64,000 bases of DNA from Candidatus Zixiibacteriota bacterium (GTDB lineage: Bacteria; Zixibacteria; MSB-5A5; UBA10806; 4484-95): NCBI GenBank assembly GCA_037441845.1, contig JBBIRK010000004.1, positions 94,974-158,973 of the forward strand, read 5' to 3'. The position numbers and the translations under genes are program-made. Shown one piece after another: positions 51,740 through 61,522 of the stretch (position 1 is the first letter of the stretch; each line of letters begins with the position of its first letter). A model generated the notes under the pieces. It saw only the letters and a list, made by a program, of their open reading frames with translations, had not been told where the DNA came from and searched no databases.

Positions 51740-52600
51740 ATGAGCGAAAATTCTTTGATCGATTTTTCGGTGCTGATAGTCGCCTATAACAACGAAAAAA
51801 GCATCGGCGCATGTTTGAACTCGATTTTGGGCAATGATCCGAAGCCGCGTGAAGTACTGGTGTTGGATAACGCCTCGACCGATTCCACGATCGCCAAGCT
51901 CGGGGAATTCAGGGGAATCCGACTTATCCGGTCCGACAAAAATATCGGATTCGCCGCGGGGATCAACAAACTGGCGAAATCAGCGAAGGCGGAATATCTT
52001 TTCATGCTGAACCCCGATTGCGAGCTGCCGCCGTCGCTGTTTTCCAAACTGTGGGAATTTTGTCGTTCTCATGAGGGAGCGATAGCGCCAGCGCTTACCT
52101 ACCCTGACGGTTCGATTCAGTTTTCCGCCCGGCGATTTCCTGATCATAAAAATATATTATTTTCCAGAAAGTCGCCGCTGTCGATTTTCGGATTGGCAGA
52201 TTTAGCGGCGGCGGGATATCTTGATCTTCGTTCGTCGGCGAAAGTGCCGGCGGTGGCCGCCACCGCCTTTCTGGTTTCGCGCAAAATATTCGAGGATATG
52301 GGCGGATTCGACGAGCGGTTTTTTTTGTATTTCGAAGACATGGATTTCTGCAAGAGATTGAATAAAGCCGGCATCGATATTTGGTATGTGCCGGAATTAC
52401 GAATAAAGCATCTTCTGGGTGCAAGTTCGGGTCGGCTCGATTTCAGGGCATTGCTGCATCATCATCGGTCGGCACATCTGTATTTCGCCAAGCACTATCC
52501 TGAAAAATTGTTCGCCAATTGGGCTCTGGGCTTGCTTCTGATATGCGGTTTCTTGGTCACCGCTTTAATAAAGCTGATCGGAGCGATCTGGCGCAGATGA
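51740..52600 (+). CDS. Glycosyltransferase family 2 (WbbL/rhamnosyltransferase-like)
   Basis: IVAYN, DNASTD, NIGFAAG, LNPD and GFDERFFLYFEDMD. Confidence 0.88.
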   Translation: MSENSLIDFSVLIVAYNNEKSIGACLNSILGNDPKPREVLVLDNASTDSTIAKLGEFRGIRLIRSDKNIGFAAGINKLAKSAKAEYLFMLNPDCELPPSLFSKLWEFCRSHEGAIAPALTYPDGSIQFSARRFPDHKNILFSRKSPLSIFGLADLAAAGYLDLRSSAKVPAVAATAFLVSRKIFEDMGGFDERFFLYFEDMDFCKRLNKAGIDIWYVPELRIKHLLGASSGRLDFRALLHHHRSAHLYFAKHYPEKLFANWALGLLLICGFLVTALIKLIGAIWRR

Positions 52601-53646
52601 TCGAAATTCCCGCATATTTGATAATCGCCGCAGTGGGCGGCTACCTGTGTTACATATTCACCCCGATAGTTATTTCCTATTGTGTCAAACGGGGCTTATA
52701 CGATGAGCCCGGGCCACGTAAAATTCACACCCGGAGAACTCCCCGTCTGGGTGGAGTGGCAATCTATTTTGCCTACTTATTAGGATTGATTCCCGGTCTG
52801 TTGCTTTTACCCGAGATCTGGGTAAACAACATGAAGGCCATTTTCGGCATTTTGATCGGCGGAACCATTATTTTCGGCGTGGGCGTTTATGATGATCTCA
52901 AGGAGGTCAGGCCGCTGACCAAACTGATATGGGAGGTTATCGCCTGCACGATTGTGATACTTCTCGGGGTGAGGCTCGAGATCTTGAATATTCCGTTTTA
53001 CAAGGTCGTGGAACTCGGATTCTTGGGTTTTCCGGTCAGCCTTATTTGGCTTGTGGCGGTAACCAATACAATCAATTTGATCGACGGCCTCGATGGTTTG
53101 GCGGCGGGGGTGAGCGCAATCTCCGGTGTGAGTTTTCTTGCATTGAGCATAATAATGGATTTGCAGCTGCCGTCTTTTTTGGCGGCAGGACTCATAGGGA
53201 CGTCTCTGGCATTCCTTAAATACAATCGTTATCCGGCGGCCGTTTTCATGGGTGATTCGGGGTCTTTGTTTTTGGGCTTCATTTTCGGTGTGGTATCGCT
53301 GTTCTGGCCGAAAAGTTATGCAACCGTAGTAATGTTCATTCCCTTGCTGGCATTAGGGGTGCCGATAATCGAGACGATCGCCACTTTTTTCAGGCGCCTG
53401 TTTTTGGGGAAGAAAATATATGTGGCGGATCGACACCACATTTTTCATGTCCTGCTTGATTTTGGACTCGATCATAGGATAATAGTGTGGATATTTTATA
53501 TGGTCAGCCTGCAATTCGCTTTGGCCGCCTATGCCATAGCCGGCGGCGACCGCAATATTTCATTTGTATTGCAGGCCGGTTTCATTATATTAATTGCTAT
53601 CGTCGTTTCGGGGAAATTGAGGCCCTGGAGGGCGAATAAAAAGTGA
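52597..53646 (+). CDS. Undecaprenyl-phosphate GlcNAc-1-phosphate transferase (WecA/TagO family)
   Basis: [32 protein letters not shown] and DRHHIFH. Confidence 0.92.
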   Translation: MIEIPAYLIIAAVGGYLCYIFTPIVISYCVKRGLYDEPGPRKIHTRRTPRLGGVAIYFAYLLGLIPGLLLLPEIWVNNMKAIFGILIGGTIIFGVGVYDDLKEVRPLTKLIWEVIACTIVILLGVRLEILNIPFYKVVELGFLGFPVSLIWLVAVTNTINLIDGLDGLAAGVSAISGVSFLALSIIMDLQLPSFLAAGLIGTSLAFLKYNRYPAAVFMGDSGSLFLGFIFGVVSLFWPKSYATVVMFIPLLALGVPIIETIATFFRRLFLGKKIYVADRHHIFHVLLDFGLDHRIIVWIFYMVSLQFALAAYAIAGGDRNISFVLQAGFIILIAIVVSGKLRPWRANKK

Positions 53647-54629
53647 AAGAACAGGAATATCTGGATTTCGAAAAGCCGATCCTCGAACTTGATCGAAAGA
53701 TCAAGGAAATGAGGGATCTTGCCACATCGGAGAATCTTGAATTAACCCGCGAGATCGAGCTTCTCGAACGCAGACGCAATCGGCTTCGCAGCGAAGTTTA
53801 CGCCCGACTTACACGCTGGCAAAGGGTTCAGCTTGCCCGGCACCCTATGCGGCCCTACACCAACGACATGATCCGGTTGATATTCACCGATTATTTCGAA
53901 TTGCACGGAGATCGCTGTTTCGCCGATGACCACGCCATGGTCGGCGGTTTCGCCAAATTGGAAAAGCGTCGGCTTATGGTTATCGGCCAGCAAAAAGGGA
54001 GGGATACGAAGCAGCGTCAATATCGCAATTTCGGCATGTGTCATCCCGAAGGGTATCGCAAGGCTTTACGCTTGATCAAGCTTGCCGAAAAATTCGATTT
54101 GCCGGTGGTGATCTTTATCGATACGCCGGGCGCTTACCCGGGTATAGGGGCAGAAGAAAGAGGCCAAGCGGAAGCTATCGCCCGAAATATCCGCGATATG
54201 TCCGTCGTTCAGGTTCCTATCGTGTGCGTCATTCTGGGCGAAGGCGCATCGGGTGGTGCGCTCGGAATCGGCGTCGGCGATCGCGTTTACATGCTCGAGA
54301 ATTCCTGGTATTCGGTGATTTCTCCTGAGGGATGCGCCGCTATTCTCTGGAAAGCCGAGGAAAACACCGATCCGGCAAAACTCGAGGCGCGTCGAAGACA
54401 GGCCGCAGAGGCATTGAAATTGACCGCATCCGACTGCGCCTCGTTCAAAATAATAGACGGTGTGATACCCGAACCTCCTGGCGGCGCGCATATGGACCAT
54501 GAGGCGACTGCCCGCATTATCAAAGAAACGTTGATCGAAGCTCTAGCTGAACTTTCTCTTCTGCCGCCGAATATTCTATGCGATAAAAGACTTGAGAAAT
54601 ACCGATCAATTGGTGTATATAACGAATGA
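53643..54629 (+). CDS. accA: Acetyl-CoA carboxylase carboxyltransferase alpha
   Basis: [28 protein letters not shown] and [10 protein letters not shown]. Confidence 0.97.
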   Translation: MKEQEYLDFEKPILELDRKIKEMRDLATSENLELTREIELLERRRNRLRSEVYARLTRWQRVQLARHPMRPYTNDMIRLIFTDYFELHGDRCFADDHAMVGGFAKLEKRRLMVIGQQKGRDTKQRQYRNFGMCHPEGYRKALRLIKLAEKFDLPVVIFIDTPGAYPGIGAEERGQAEAIARNIRDMSVVQVPIVCVILGEGASGGALGIGVGDRVYMLENSWYSVISPEGCAAILWKAEENTDPAKLEARRRQAAEALKLTASDCASFKIIDGVIPEPPGGAHMDHEATARIIKETLIEALAELSLLPPNILCDKRLEKYRSIGVYNE

Positions 54630-54644
54630 AACGAGTAAGGTTAA

Positions 54645-54812
54645 ATGCTGAATCCCAAACTGCTTGAAATCCTGGCTTGCCCCAAGTGCAAGGGGGATTT
54701 GACTTATGACAACGAAAAAAACGTTCTGTTGTGTCCGGCCTGCCGCCTGAAATTTAGAATCGAAGACGGCGATATACCGGTGATGTTGATTGACGAGGCC
54801 GAAAAATATTGA
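54645..54812 (+). CDS. Trm112/YcaR-family small zinc protein (absent from ORF track)
   Basis: Manual translation, 55 aa: [55 protein letters not shown]. Confidence 0.92.
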   Translation: MLNPKLLEILACPKCKGDLTYDNEKNVLLCPACRLKFRIEDGDIPVMLIDEAEKY

Positions 54813-54821
54813 GGAGGTAGC

Positions 54822-55277
54822 GTGATAAAGCTGTCCCGTTTCATCGATGATAAGTTGATTTCGTTCGATCTGAAGGGAACCAAAAAAGAAGAAATAATCG
54901 CCGAGCTGGTCGAGCTGGCCGGGAACTCGGAACTGGTGAAAAATAAAGACGAACTTCTCAAGGCCGTGCTGGAAAGAGAAAAACTGGTTACGACCGGTGT
55001 CGGCTATAATGTGGCGTTCCCTCATGCCAAAACCAAGGCCGTCAGAGGAGTGGTGATCGCTTTCGGCAGAAAAAACGAAGGTGTCGATTTCGAAGCGATG
55101 GATCGCAAACCGGTCAATCTGTTTTTTCTTATCGCCGCGCCTGAGGATGCAATCGGAGCCCACCTCAACGTCATGGCCAAGCTGTCTTTCCTCATGAAAA
55201 GCGAGAAAAACCGCCAAAAGCTGCTAAAAGCAAAATATAAAGAAGACCTGATCGAGGTCCTGGATTCCGATGAGTAA
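54822..55277 (+). CDS. PTS IIA (Ntr/fructose-type) component
   Basis: REKLVTTGVG..VAFPH with phospho-His; SD GAGGAGG. Confidence 0.9.
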   Translation: MIKLSRFIDDKLISFDLKGTKKEEIIAELVELAGNSELVKNKDELLKAVLEREKLVTTGVGYNVAFPHAKTKAVRGVVIAFGRKNEGVDFEAMDRKPVNLFFLIAAPEDAIGAHLNVMAKLSFLMKSEKNRQKLLKAKYKEDLIEVLDSDE

Positions 55278-56066
55278 ATGTTCGGGTTTATTTCAAATTT
55301 GCTTAAGAATGTAAACCTTCTTTATTTCCTCGGCGTCTGTGCAGTTTCTATAATCCTGATCTTATTACCGCTTTCGGCCAAAACGACGATCGGCGCTTTG
55401 GTGAGCGGTTTTTTCTATTATCCACTGATCGAGCTTGACCATTTTCTGCTTGATCTGACGGCCACCAAAAAGTCCAATATCGAGTTGAACAGGCAACTTG
55501 CCGAAAAGGCGATGCAGCTTGCCGAGTGCGCCGAGATGAGGCACGAAAATGCCAGATTAAGAAGGATGCTCGATTTCGATATCCATACCAAGCAACGGCT
55601 CGTGCCGGCGAAAGTGATCGCGGCAAGATCGATGCCGGACGCGCCGGCGCTCATTATCGGGGTCGGTGCCGACAAAGGCATAAAAGTAAATAATCCGGTG
55701 GTCACGGCCGAAGGTATCGTCGGCAAAACGATCGCCGTAAGCTCGCGAACTTCCACGGTCCAATTGCTGACCGATCATAATTGCCGGATCTCCGCAATCG
55801 ATCAGAGCACGCGCACGCTCGGCATAATTCGCTGGAAAGGGGGTAAATTGCTGGAGATGGGGGATGTGCCGATCGAAAGTCAGCTTGCGGTGGGAGATAC
55901 GATAGTTTCCTCGGGGCTCGGGGGGATATTTCCGGCCGGTCTCATGATAGGGACCGTCGTCTATGCCAAGAATCGAAGCGGATCGTTGTTCAAAGATGTT
56001 TTGGTAAGACCCGCGGTCAAATTTTGGTCGGTCGAGGAAGTGTTCGTGATTCTTTATGGCAAATAG
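55278..56066 (+). CDS. mreC: Rod shape-determining protein MreC
   Basis: TM, coiled coil ENARLRRML, GIVGK and SSGLGGIFPAG. Confidence 0.93.
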   Translation: MFGFISNLLKNVNLLYFLGVCAVSIILILLPLSAKTTIGALVSGFFYYPLIELDHFLLDLTATKKSNIELNRQLAEKAMQLAECAEMRHENARLRRMLDFDIHTKQRLVPAKVIAARSMPDAPALIIGVGADKGIKVNNPVVTAEGIVGKTIAVSSRTSTVQLLTDHNCRISAIDQSTRTLGIIRWKGGKLLEMGDVPIESQLAVGDTIVSSGLGGIFPAGLMIGTVVYAKNRSGSLFKDVLVRPAVKFWSVEEVFVILYGK

Positions 56067-56556
56067 ATTCATCAACATACAAATAGTTTCAGGCATTATC
56101 GTCGCACTTGCTTTCAATATCGTGGTTATGCCCAGAACCGTGATTTTGGGAGCGGTGGCGGACATGCCCTTGGTCGTTACGATTTGGATCGCATTGACCT
56201 CGACGCCCAGGACGGCCATAATTTTCGGTTTCCTGATGGGTTTATTGGTGGGTTTCGCCCGACCCGCTGAACTCGGTTGGTCATCGGTGTTGCTTGCGCT
56301 CGTAGCCTACGGGATTGCCGCGTTGAAGGATCGTCTGGTGATGGAAAGCATGTGGTTGCGGATTGCCGGCCTTTTCGCGGCGGCGCTGATTTATCGTTTG
56401 CTTTACTTTGCGCTGGCGAGATACGGTTTGCTCGAGACCAATTCGGCGTTCGTTATGATAACTACTCTGCTTTCGGCCGTATATACGACGGTGCTCGGAA
56501 TAATCGTATTCGGTTTCATCAAGCATCGCCGAATGATTCGAGACCTGTTCCAATGA
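56056..56556 (+). CDS. mreD: Rod shape-determining protein MreD
   Basis: Hydrophobic 166-aa protein between mreC and mrdA; FGFLMGL. Confidence 0.75.
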   Translation: MANRFINIQIVSGIIVALAFNIVVMPRTVILGAVADMPLVVTIWIALTSTPRTAIIFGFLMGLLVGFARPAELGWSSVLLALVAYGIAALKDRLVMESMWLRIAGLFAAALIYRLLYFALARYGLLETNSAFVMITTLLSAVYTTVLGIIVFGFIKHRRMIRDLFQ

Positions 56557-58334
56557 TCAAAGAAAATTATCATCGACATCTCAACGCGCGGATCATAATG
56601 GCGCTCTATTTCGCGTTCAGCGCGGTGATCGTCGTTCGGCTTATGGCTATGCAGGTGTTTTCGACATCGTATTACCGTCAGGCTTCGATGGCGAACAGCG
56701 CCCGGATCGTCCCGATTCGCGCCCCGCGAGGTCTAATTCTCGATCGCAACGGCGAAATCATAGTCAAAAATCGGCCGTCATATTCGCTTTACCTTTTGCC
56801 GTATAGAGTGACCGATACGACATCAACCGCCGCGAGGTTGGCGGAAATTCTGGGCGTGGATCGCAATTATATAGCGAGCTTGGTCGCCGGGGCCCGCGGC
56901 GAGAAATATCGACCGATAAGATTGCACCGGGATATCGATTTCCAGACTTTGAGCATTATCGAAGAACATTCTTTGGAGATACCCGGCGTCGTCTTCCAGA
57001 TAGAAACCGCGAGGCAGTATCCCGAAAACGGTATCGGAAGTCATTTTCTCGGTCACATAGGTGAGGTTTCCGAGAAGGAACTTGAGCAATTCCCCGATTA
57101 TCAAGAAGGCGATTTGATAGGGAAAAAAGGCTTGGAAAGACAATACGACAGCTATCTTCGCGGACGCGACGGCTTGAGCTATTTGGAGGTCACCGCGCAG
57201 GGGCAGGTCTTAGGCAAATATCCAGGCAAAGAAGATATTTCCCCTATAAGCGGCGCCACCTTGAACCTTAACATAGATTTGCAGTTGCAACAATTGGCGG
57301 ATCGCATCCTCGATTCGACCGGCCAGGGGGCGATAGTCGTAGTCGATGTCAACAACGGCGGTGTGTTGGCGATGGCTTCCTCGCCGGAATTCGACGCCAA
57401 TCAATTCTCCGGTGTCATGACGCACCAGACTTGGTCGCAAATCGCCGAAGACCCAAGGCATCCGCTTTTGAACAGAGCGATTCAAGCCGCCTACCCGCCG
57501 GGATCCACCATGAAGGTATTCACGGCGGCCATGGGATTATATTTCAACAAAATCGATGAGCAATCTTCGTTTGACCCATGCCGCGGGCAAAAACGATTCG
57601 GAAACCGGGTATTCAAATGCTGGCGTCCGAGCGGTCATGGCCGATTGACACTGCATGGGGCGATAGTGCAATCGTGCGATATTTATTTTTACCAGCTAGG
57701 ACTGTTGTGCGGGATTGAATTATGGGAAAAGTTCATGCCGATGTGTCATTTCGGCGTGCCTACCGGTATCGATATTCCCGGCGAAAAGCCCGGCAATTCG
57801 CCGAGCGTTAAATATTATGATAATCGTTACGGAAAATATGGGTGGACGAAAACGTTCGTGATCAATCTTGCCATCGGTCAGGGTGAGATGCTGGTTACGC
57901 CTTTGCAGATGGCGGTGCTCTACGCAGCCCTTGCAAATGGAGGGAATATCTATAAGCCAAGGCTGGTCAACAGCGCCGTCGATGCCTATGGCAACCGGAC
58001 CGATTTCCCGCCGCAAATCGTAGGCAAACTGCCGATCAAAGATGATGATCTTGCTCTTATCGTTAACGCGATGATCGGAGTTACCGAAGAGTGGGGAGGT
58101 ACCGCCAGAATCGTGCAGATTCCGGGCGTTTCCATCGCCGGAAAGACAGGCACGGCCCAGAACCCTCACGGAAACGACCACGCTTGGTTCGTATGCTTTG
58201 CGCCGGTGGATAAGCCGGAGATCGCCGTTTCCATCATGGTCGAAAACGCCGGACATGGTGGATCGGTGGCGGCGCCGTTGGCCAGAATTCTTCTCGAACA
58301 TTATTTCCGCGTTTCAGGAAATCCTGCGACATGA
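56553..58334 (+). CDS. mrdA: Penicillin-binding protein 2
   Basis: APRGLILDRNG, YPPGSTMK (SxxK), SCD, GKTGTAQ and DHAWF. Start at ATG 56553. Confidence 0.94.
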   Translation: MIKENYHRHLNARIIMALYFAFSAVIVVRLMAMQVFSTSYYRQASMANSARIVPIRAPRGLILDRNGEIIVKNRPSYSLYLLPYRVTDTTSTAARLAEILGVDRNYIASLVAGARGEKYRPIRLHRDIDFQTLSIIEEHSLEIPGVVFQIETARQYPENGIGSHFLGHIGEVSEKELEQFPDYQEGDLIGKKGLERQYDSYLRGRDGLSYLEVTAQGQVLGKYPGKEDISPISGATLNLNIDLQLQQLADRILDSTGQGAIVVVDVNNGGVLAMASSPEFDANQFSGVMTHQTWSQIAEDPRHPLLNRAIQAAYPPGSTMKVFTAAMGLYFNKIDEQSSFDPCRGQKRFGNRVFKCWRPSGHGRLTLHGAIVQSCDIYFYQLGLLCGIELWEKFMPMCHFGVPTGIDIPGEKPGNSPSVKYYDNRYGKYGWTKTFVINLAIGQGEMLVTPLQMAVLYAALANGGNIYKPRLVNSAVDAYGNRTDFPPQIVGKLPIKDDDLALIVNAMIGVTEEWGGTARIVQIPGVSIAGKTGTAQNPHGNDHAWFVCFAPVDKPEIAVSIMVENAGHGGSVAAPLARILLEHYFRVSGNPAT

Positions 58335-59545
58335 GGCCGCTTCGTTCATTTTTAGATGTTCCGCTTCTGCTTTGCCCGATCGCGCTGTCTTTGATTGGAA
58401 TCGCCTTTATTTATAGCGCAACCGCCACCAATCCTGAGCCGGCAGGCCAGGGTTATTATTTGCGGCAGATCGTCTGGTTCGGAGTCGGGTTGTTGGCGGC
58501 GACTGCTCTTTTTTTCATCCCGCTTAAGGTTCATGAGGCGATGGCGTATGTTTATTACGTTATCGCCATAGGCGCGTTGATATTGGTGCTGTTAATAACC
58601 AAGGAAGGGGCGGCTCGCTGGTTTACATTCGGCGGTTTTGCGGTTCAGCCCGTGGAATTCGCCAAATTTACTATATGCGCGGTTATGGCGCGCTTTTTCA
58701 CCTACAATCAATTGAAGTTGAACAGGCTCACTACTTTGGCCAAGGCGTTGATTGCGGTATTGATTCCGACCGCACTGGTGATCAAGCAGCCCGATCTCGG
58801 CAGTTCGCTGGTCGGCCTGGCGATTTTCTTCGTCATGTTGATCTGGAGCGGGATGCCGCTATTGAGGATATTGCTTATTTTGTCTCCGCTGGTTAGCCTG
58901 CTCGCCGCGTTCCATTGGCTCGCCTGGGCGATTCTTTTCATTATGTTTTTAATTTTGCTTTATATCGTTCGACCGGGCGTATTCGTAAGCATAGTTTTTT
59001 TTCTGCTTTTCCTCGGATTTGGCATGGCCACTCCTTACTTATGGAACAAGTTGCATGATTACCAACGCCAGCGGATTCTGACGTTTCTCGATCCGGGGAG
59101 GGATCCCAAAAAGGCTGGCTATCAGGTCATTCAATCGAAAATTGCGATCGGTTCCGGCGGACTGTGGGGCCGCGGCTACATGAAAGGAACGCAAACCAAA
59201 CTGGACTATCTGCCTGCCCAACACACCGATTTCATCTATTCCGTGGTCTCGGAAGAGACGGGATTTTTGGGCAGCTCCTTGGTGCTTTTGTTGTTTTCGG
59301 TGATCATCGTCCGCGGCTTCGTAATCGCCTATAAAGCCCGCAATCCCTTCAACAGCTACATGGCGGCGGGATTATCCGGAGCTCTGGCATTCCAGGGTCT
59401 GGTAAATATCGGAATGACGCTCGGATTATTGCCGGTGACGGGCGTGCCTTTGCCTTTCGTCAGCTACGGCGGTTCTTCGATGCTATTTAATTGGAGCCTG
59501 ATCGGCGTGATCCAAGCCGTCGGGCGCGATTGGCAGGAGTATTAG
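58331..59545 (+). CDS. rodA: Rod shape-determining protein RodA
   Basis: QPVEFAK, QPDLG, GYQVIQS, HTDFI and PVTGVPLPFVSYGGSS. Confidence 0.95.
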   Translation: MRPLRSFLDVPLLLCPIALSLIGIAFIYSATATNPEPAGQGYYLRQIVWFGVGLLAATALFFIPLKVHEAMAYVYYVIAIGALILVLLITKEGAARWFTFGGFAVQPVEFAKFTICAVMARFFTYNQLKLNRLTTLAKALIAVLIPTALVIKQPDLGSSLVGLAIFFVMLIWSGMPLLRILLILSPLVSLLAAFHWLAWAILFIMFLILLYIVRPGVFVSIVFFLLFLGFGMATPYLWNKLHDYQRQRILTFLDPGRDPKKAGYQVIQSKIAIGSGGLWGRGYMKGTQTKLDYLPAQHTDFIYSVVSEETGFLGSSLVLLLFSVIIVRGFVIAYKARNPFNSYMAAGLSGALAFQGLVNIGMTLGLLPVTGVPLPFVSYGGSSMLFNWSLIGVIQAVGRDWQEY

Positions 59546-59546
59546 C

Positions 59547-60392
59547 ATGCATCCTGAATTATTCAAGATCGGTCCATTTGCGGTCAAGGCCTATGGATTG
59601 ACCCTTTCCTTATCTTTTTTCCTGGGCACCATGTTGGCAGTCAGAAGAGCGAGAAAATCCGGTTTGAATCCTCAACAAATGCTGGATTTATGCTTCATCG
59701 TCATGATCGCCGCGATTATCGGCTCCCGCTTGTTCTATGTGGTTTACCACATGGATGAATTCAAGGGACATCTGATCAACATTATCAATCCATTCCAGCA
59801 ATCCGGCGAAGTGGGAATCGCCGGTCTTTCGATGATGGGCGGGCTTATTCTGGCGATCGCCGCCGCCCTTACTTTTTTCATTATCAAGAAAATCAATCCT
59901 TGGCCGTTGCTTGATGCTTTGGCTCCGTCGTTCTTTCTGGGGGAGGCGATCACCCGTATCGGCTGTTTTCTGAATGGATGCTGTTTCGGGCTCCCTACCC
60001 ATTGCGGTTGTGGAGTTGTTTTCCCGGCCGATTCGATGGCCGGTTGGATATTCCCGGGCACGCCGCTTTGGCCAACCCAATTGATGTCCTCCGCTGCCGG
60101 CTTGGTCATGTTTATCGCGCTGCTTCTTCTTGAAAAGAAAAAACGCTATAACGGATTCACGTTCTGGAACGGACTTGCTTTATACAGCATTTGGCGTTTC
60201 ACCATCGATTTCTTCAGATATTACGAAGATTCAATGGTATTCCTGAAAGTGGGCCAAATCGCCATTTCACGTAACCAGTTTCTTTGTGTTTGTCTTCTGG
60301 CCATCTCAATCTGGTGGCATCTGACTTTATGGAAGAAGCATGTCAGGCATCAGCCGATTAATCGAGAAAACCGCAGGACGACTGACCGCTGA
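59547..60392 (+). CDS. lgt: Prolipoprotein diacylglyceryl transferase
   Basis: YGL, GSRLFYV, RIGCFLNGCCFG, PTQL and RF.IDFFR. Confidence 0.9.
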   Translation: MHPELFKIGPFAVKAYGLTLSLSFFLGTMLAVRRARKSGLNPQQMLDLCFIVMIAAIIGSRLFYVVYHMDEFKGHLINIINPFQQSGEVGIAGLSMMGGLILAIAAALTFFIIKKINPWPLLDALAPSFFLGEAITRIGCFLNGCCFGLPTHCGCGVVFPADSMAGWIFPGTPLWPTQLMSSAAGLVMFIALLLLEKKKRYNGFTFWNGLALYSIWRFTIDFFRYYEDSMVFLKVGQIAISRNQFLCVCLLAISIWWHLTLWKKHVRHQPINRENRRTTDR

Positions 60393-61083
60393 GCTTTTCG
60401 CATTCATTAGCACTCCGCAATGCGTCGATTGCGGTTCGGAGCTTGACGATGTACAATCGCCGATTTGCCGTCAATGTCGGGAAGCATTCGAAGCACAATC
60501 GGTGGCAGGAGGTCCGGTTTGCCTTGTCTGCCGAAAACCTTCTGAATCGGCTTGCGATTGCGCCAAGATAAAGGGCGGACAGGTTCCCTCGGCGTATTAT
60601 TATTCAGATTACACTGAAACCATGAAGACTTTAATTCATCGGTTCAAGTTCGAGGGTGACAAGAATTGCGGCCGTTACTTGATATCGTCGGCTGTGACCG
60701 CCTTGCGACAGAAACTCGAATCGGTTCCCTGCGACATGGTGATTCCACTGCCTATGCGGCGCCTTGACATCAACGAAAGGGGATTCAATCAAACCCACAT
60801 GATAGCCGAAACTTTGGCGTCGGCTTTGAATCGACCTTGCAGGCAAGACGTTCTAATCAAGACCAGGAAAACCGAACTTCAGGCGCTTTTGCCGGCCGAA
60901 AAACGATGGCGGAACGTTATCGACGCTTTCGGCATAGCCCCCCAAAAACATGTCCATGACGCTGCGATATTGCTGGTAGACGATATTATCACGACGGGTG
61001 CAACCTGTTTCGAGGCCGCTCGAACGCTATATTTAGCAGGCGCGCGGATCGTAACTGTGTTTGCTGTTGCCTCGGCCGAGTAG
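60340..61083 (+). CDS. comF: ComF family phosphoribosyltransferase-like protein
   Basis: N-terminal CxxC zinc ribbons, ERGFNQ and LLVDDIITTGAT. Confidence 0.85.
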   Translation: MSGISRLIEKTAGRLTAELFAFISTPQCVDCGSELDDVQSPICRQCREAFEAQSVAGGPVCLVCRKPSESACDCAKIKGGQVPSAYYYSDYTETMKTLIHRFKFEGDKNCGRYLISSAVTALRQKLESVPCDMVIPLPMRRLDINERGFNQTHMIAETLASALNRPCRQDVLIKTRKTELQALLPAEKRWRNVIDAFGIAPQKHVHDAAILLVDDIITTGATCFEAARTLYLAGARIVTVFAVASAE

Positions 61084-61093
61084 GAGCTTATCC

Positions 61094-61522
61094 ATGCCCG
61101 AATCGGGATTCACGATAATCGACGATGGAGCCTTCGCCGATTTCGAGTTCGAGGCCAGGGGAAAACGGATTGAGGACCTTTTCGTCAACTGCGCTCGGGC
61201 TTTATTCACCGCGTTGACCGATCTGGATTCGATAAGGCCGATATTGTCGATAGAGTTTACGGTCGAAGGAACCACCAACGAAGATTTGTTGTTTGCCTTT
61301 TTATCCGAACTGATTTTTATTAAGGATACCCGGAAAGTATTTCTCGGGGAGTTCCTGTTGAAATTTGAAACGGATAATAGGCTCTATTGCCTTTGCCGGG
61401 GCGAGTCGATAGACCGGGAAAGGCATGTAATCAAGACCGATGTCAAAGCGGCTACTTATCACAAACTGAAAATCAGCAAATCGGGAGACCTGTATGTCAC
61501 CCGAGTGATATTGGATTTATGA
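61094..61522 (+). CDS. Archease
   Basis: AD..FEARG...EDLF...A, LLFAFLSEL, VKAATYH and terminal ILDL; SD AGGAG; directly upstream of rtcB. Confidence 0.9.
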   Translation: MPESGFTIIDDGAFADFEFEARGKRIEDLFVNCARALFTALTDLDSIRPILSIEFTVEGTTNEDLLFAFLSELIFIKDTRKVFLGEFLLKFETDNRLYCLCRGESIDRERHVIKTDVKAATYHKLKISKSGDLYVTRVILDL

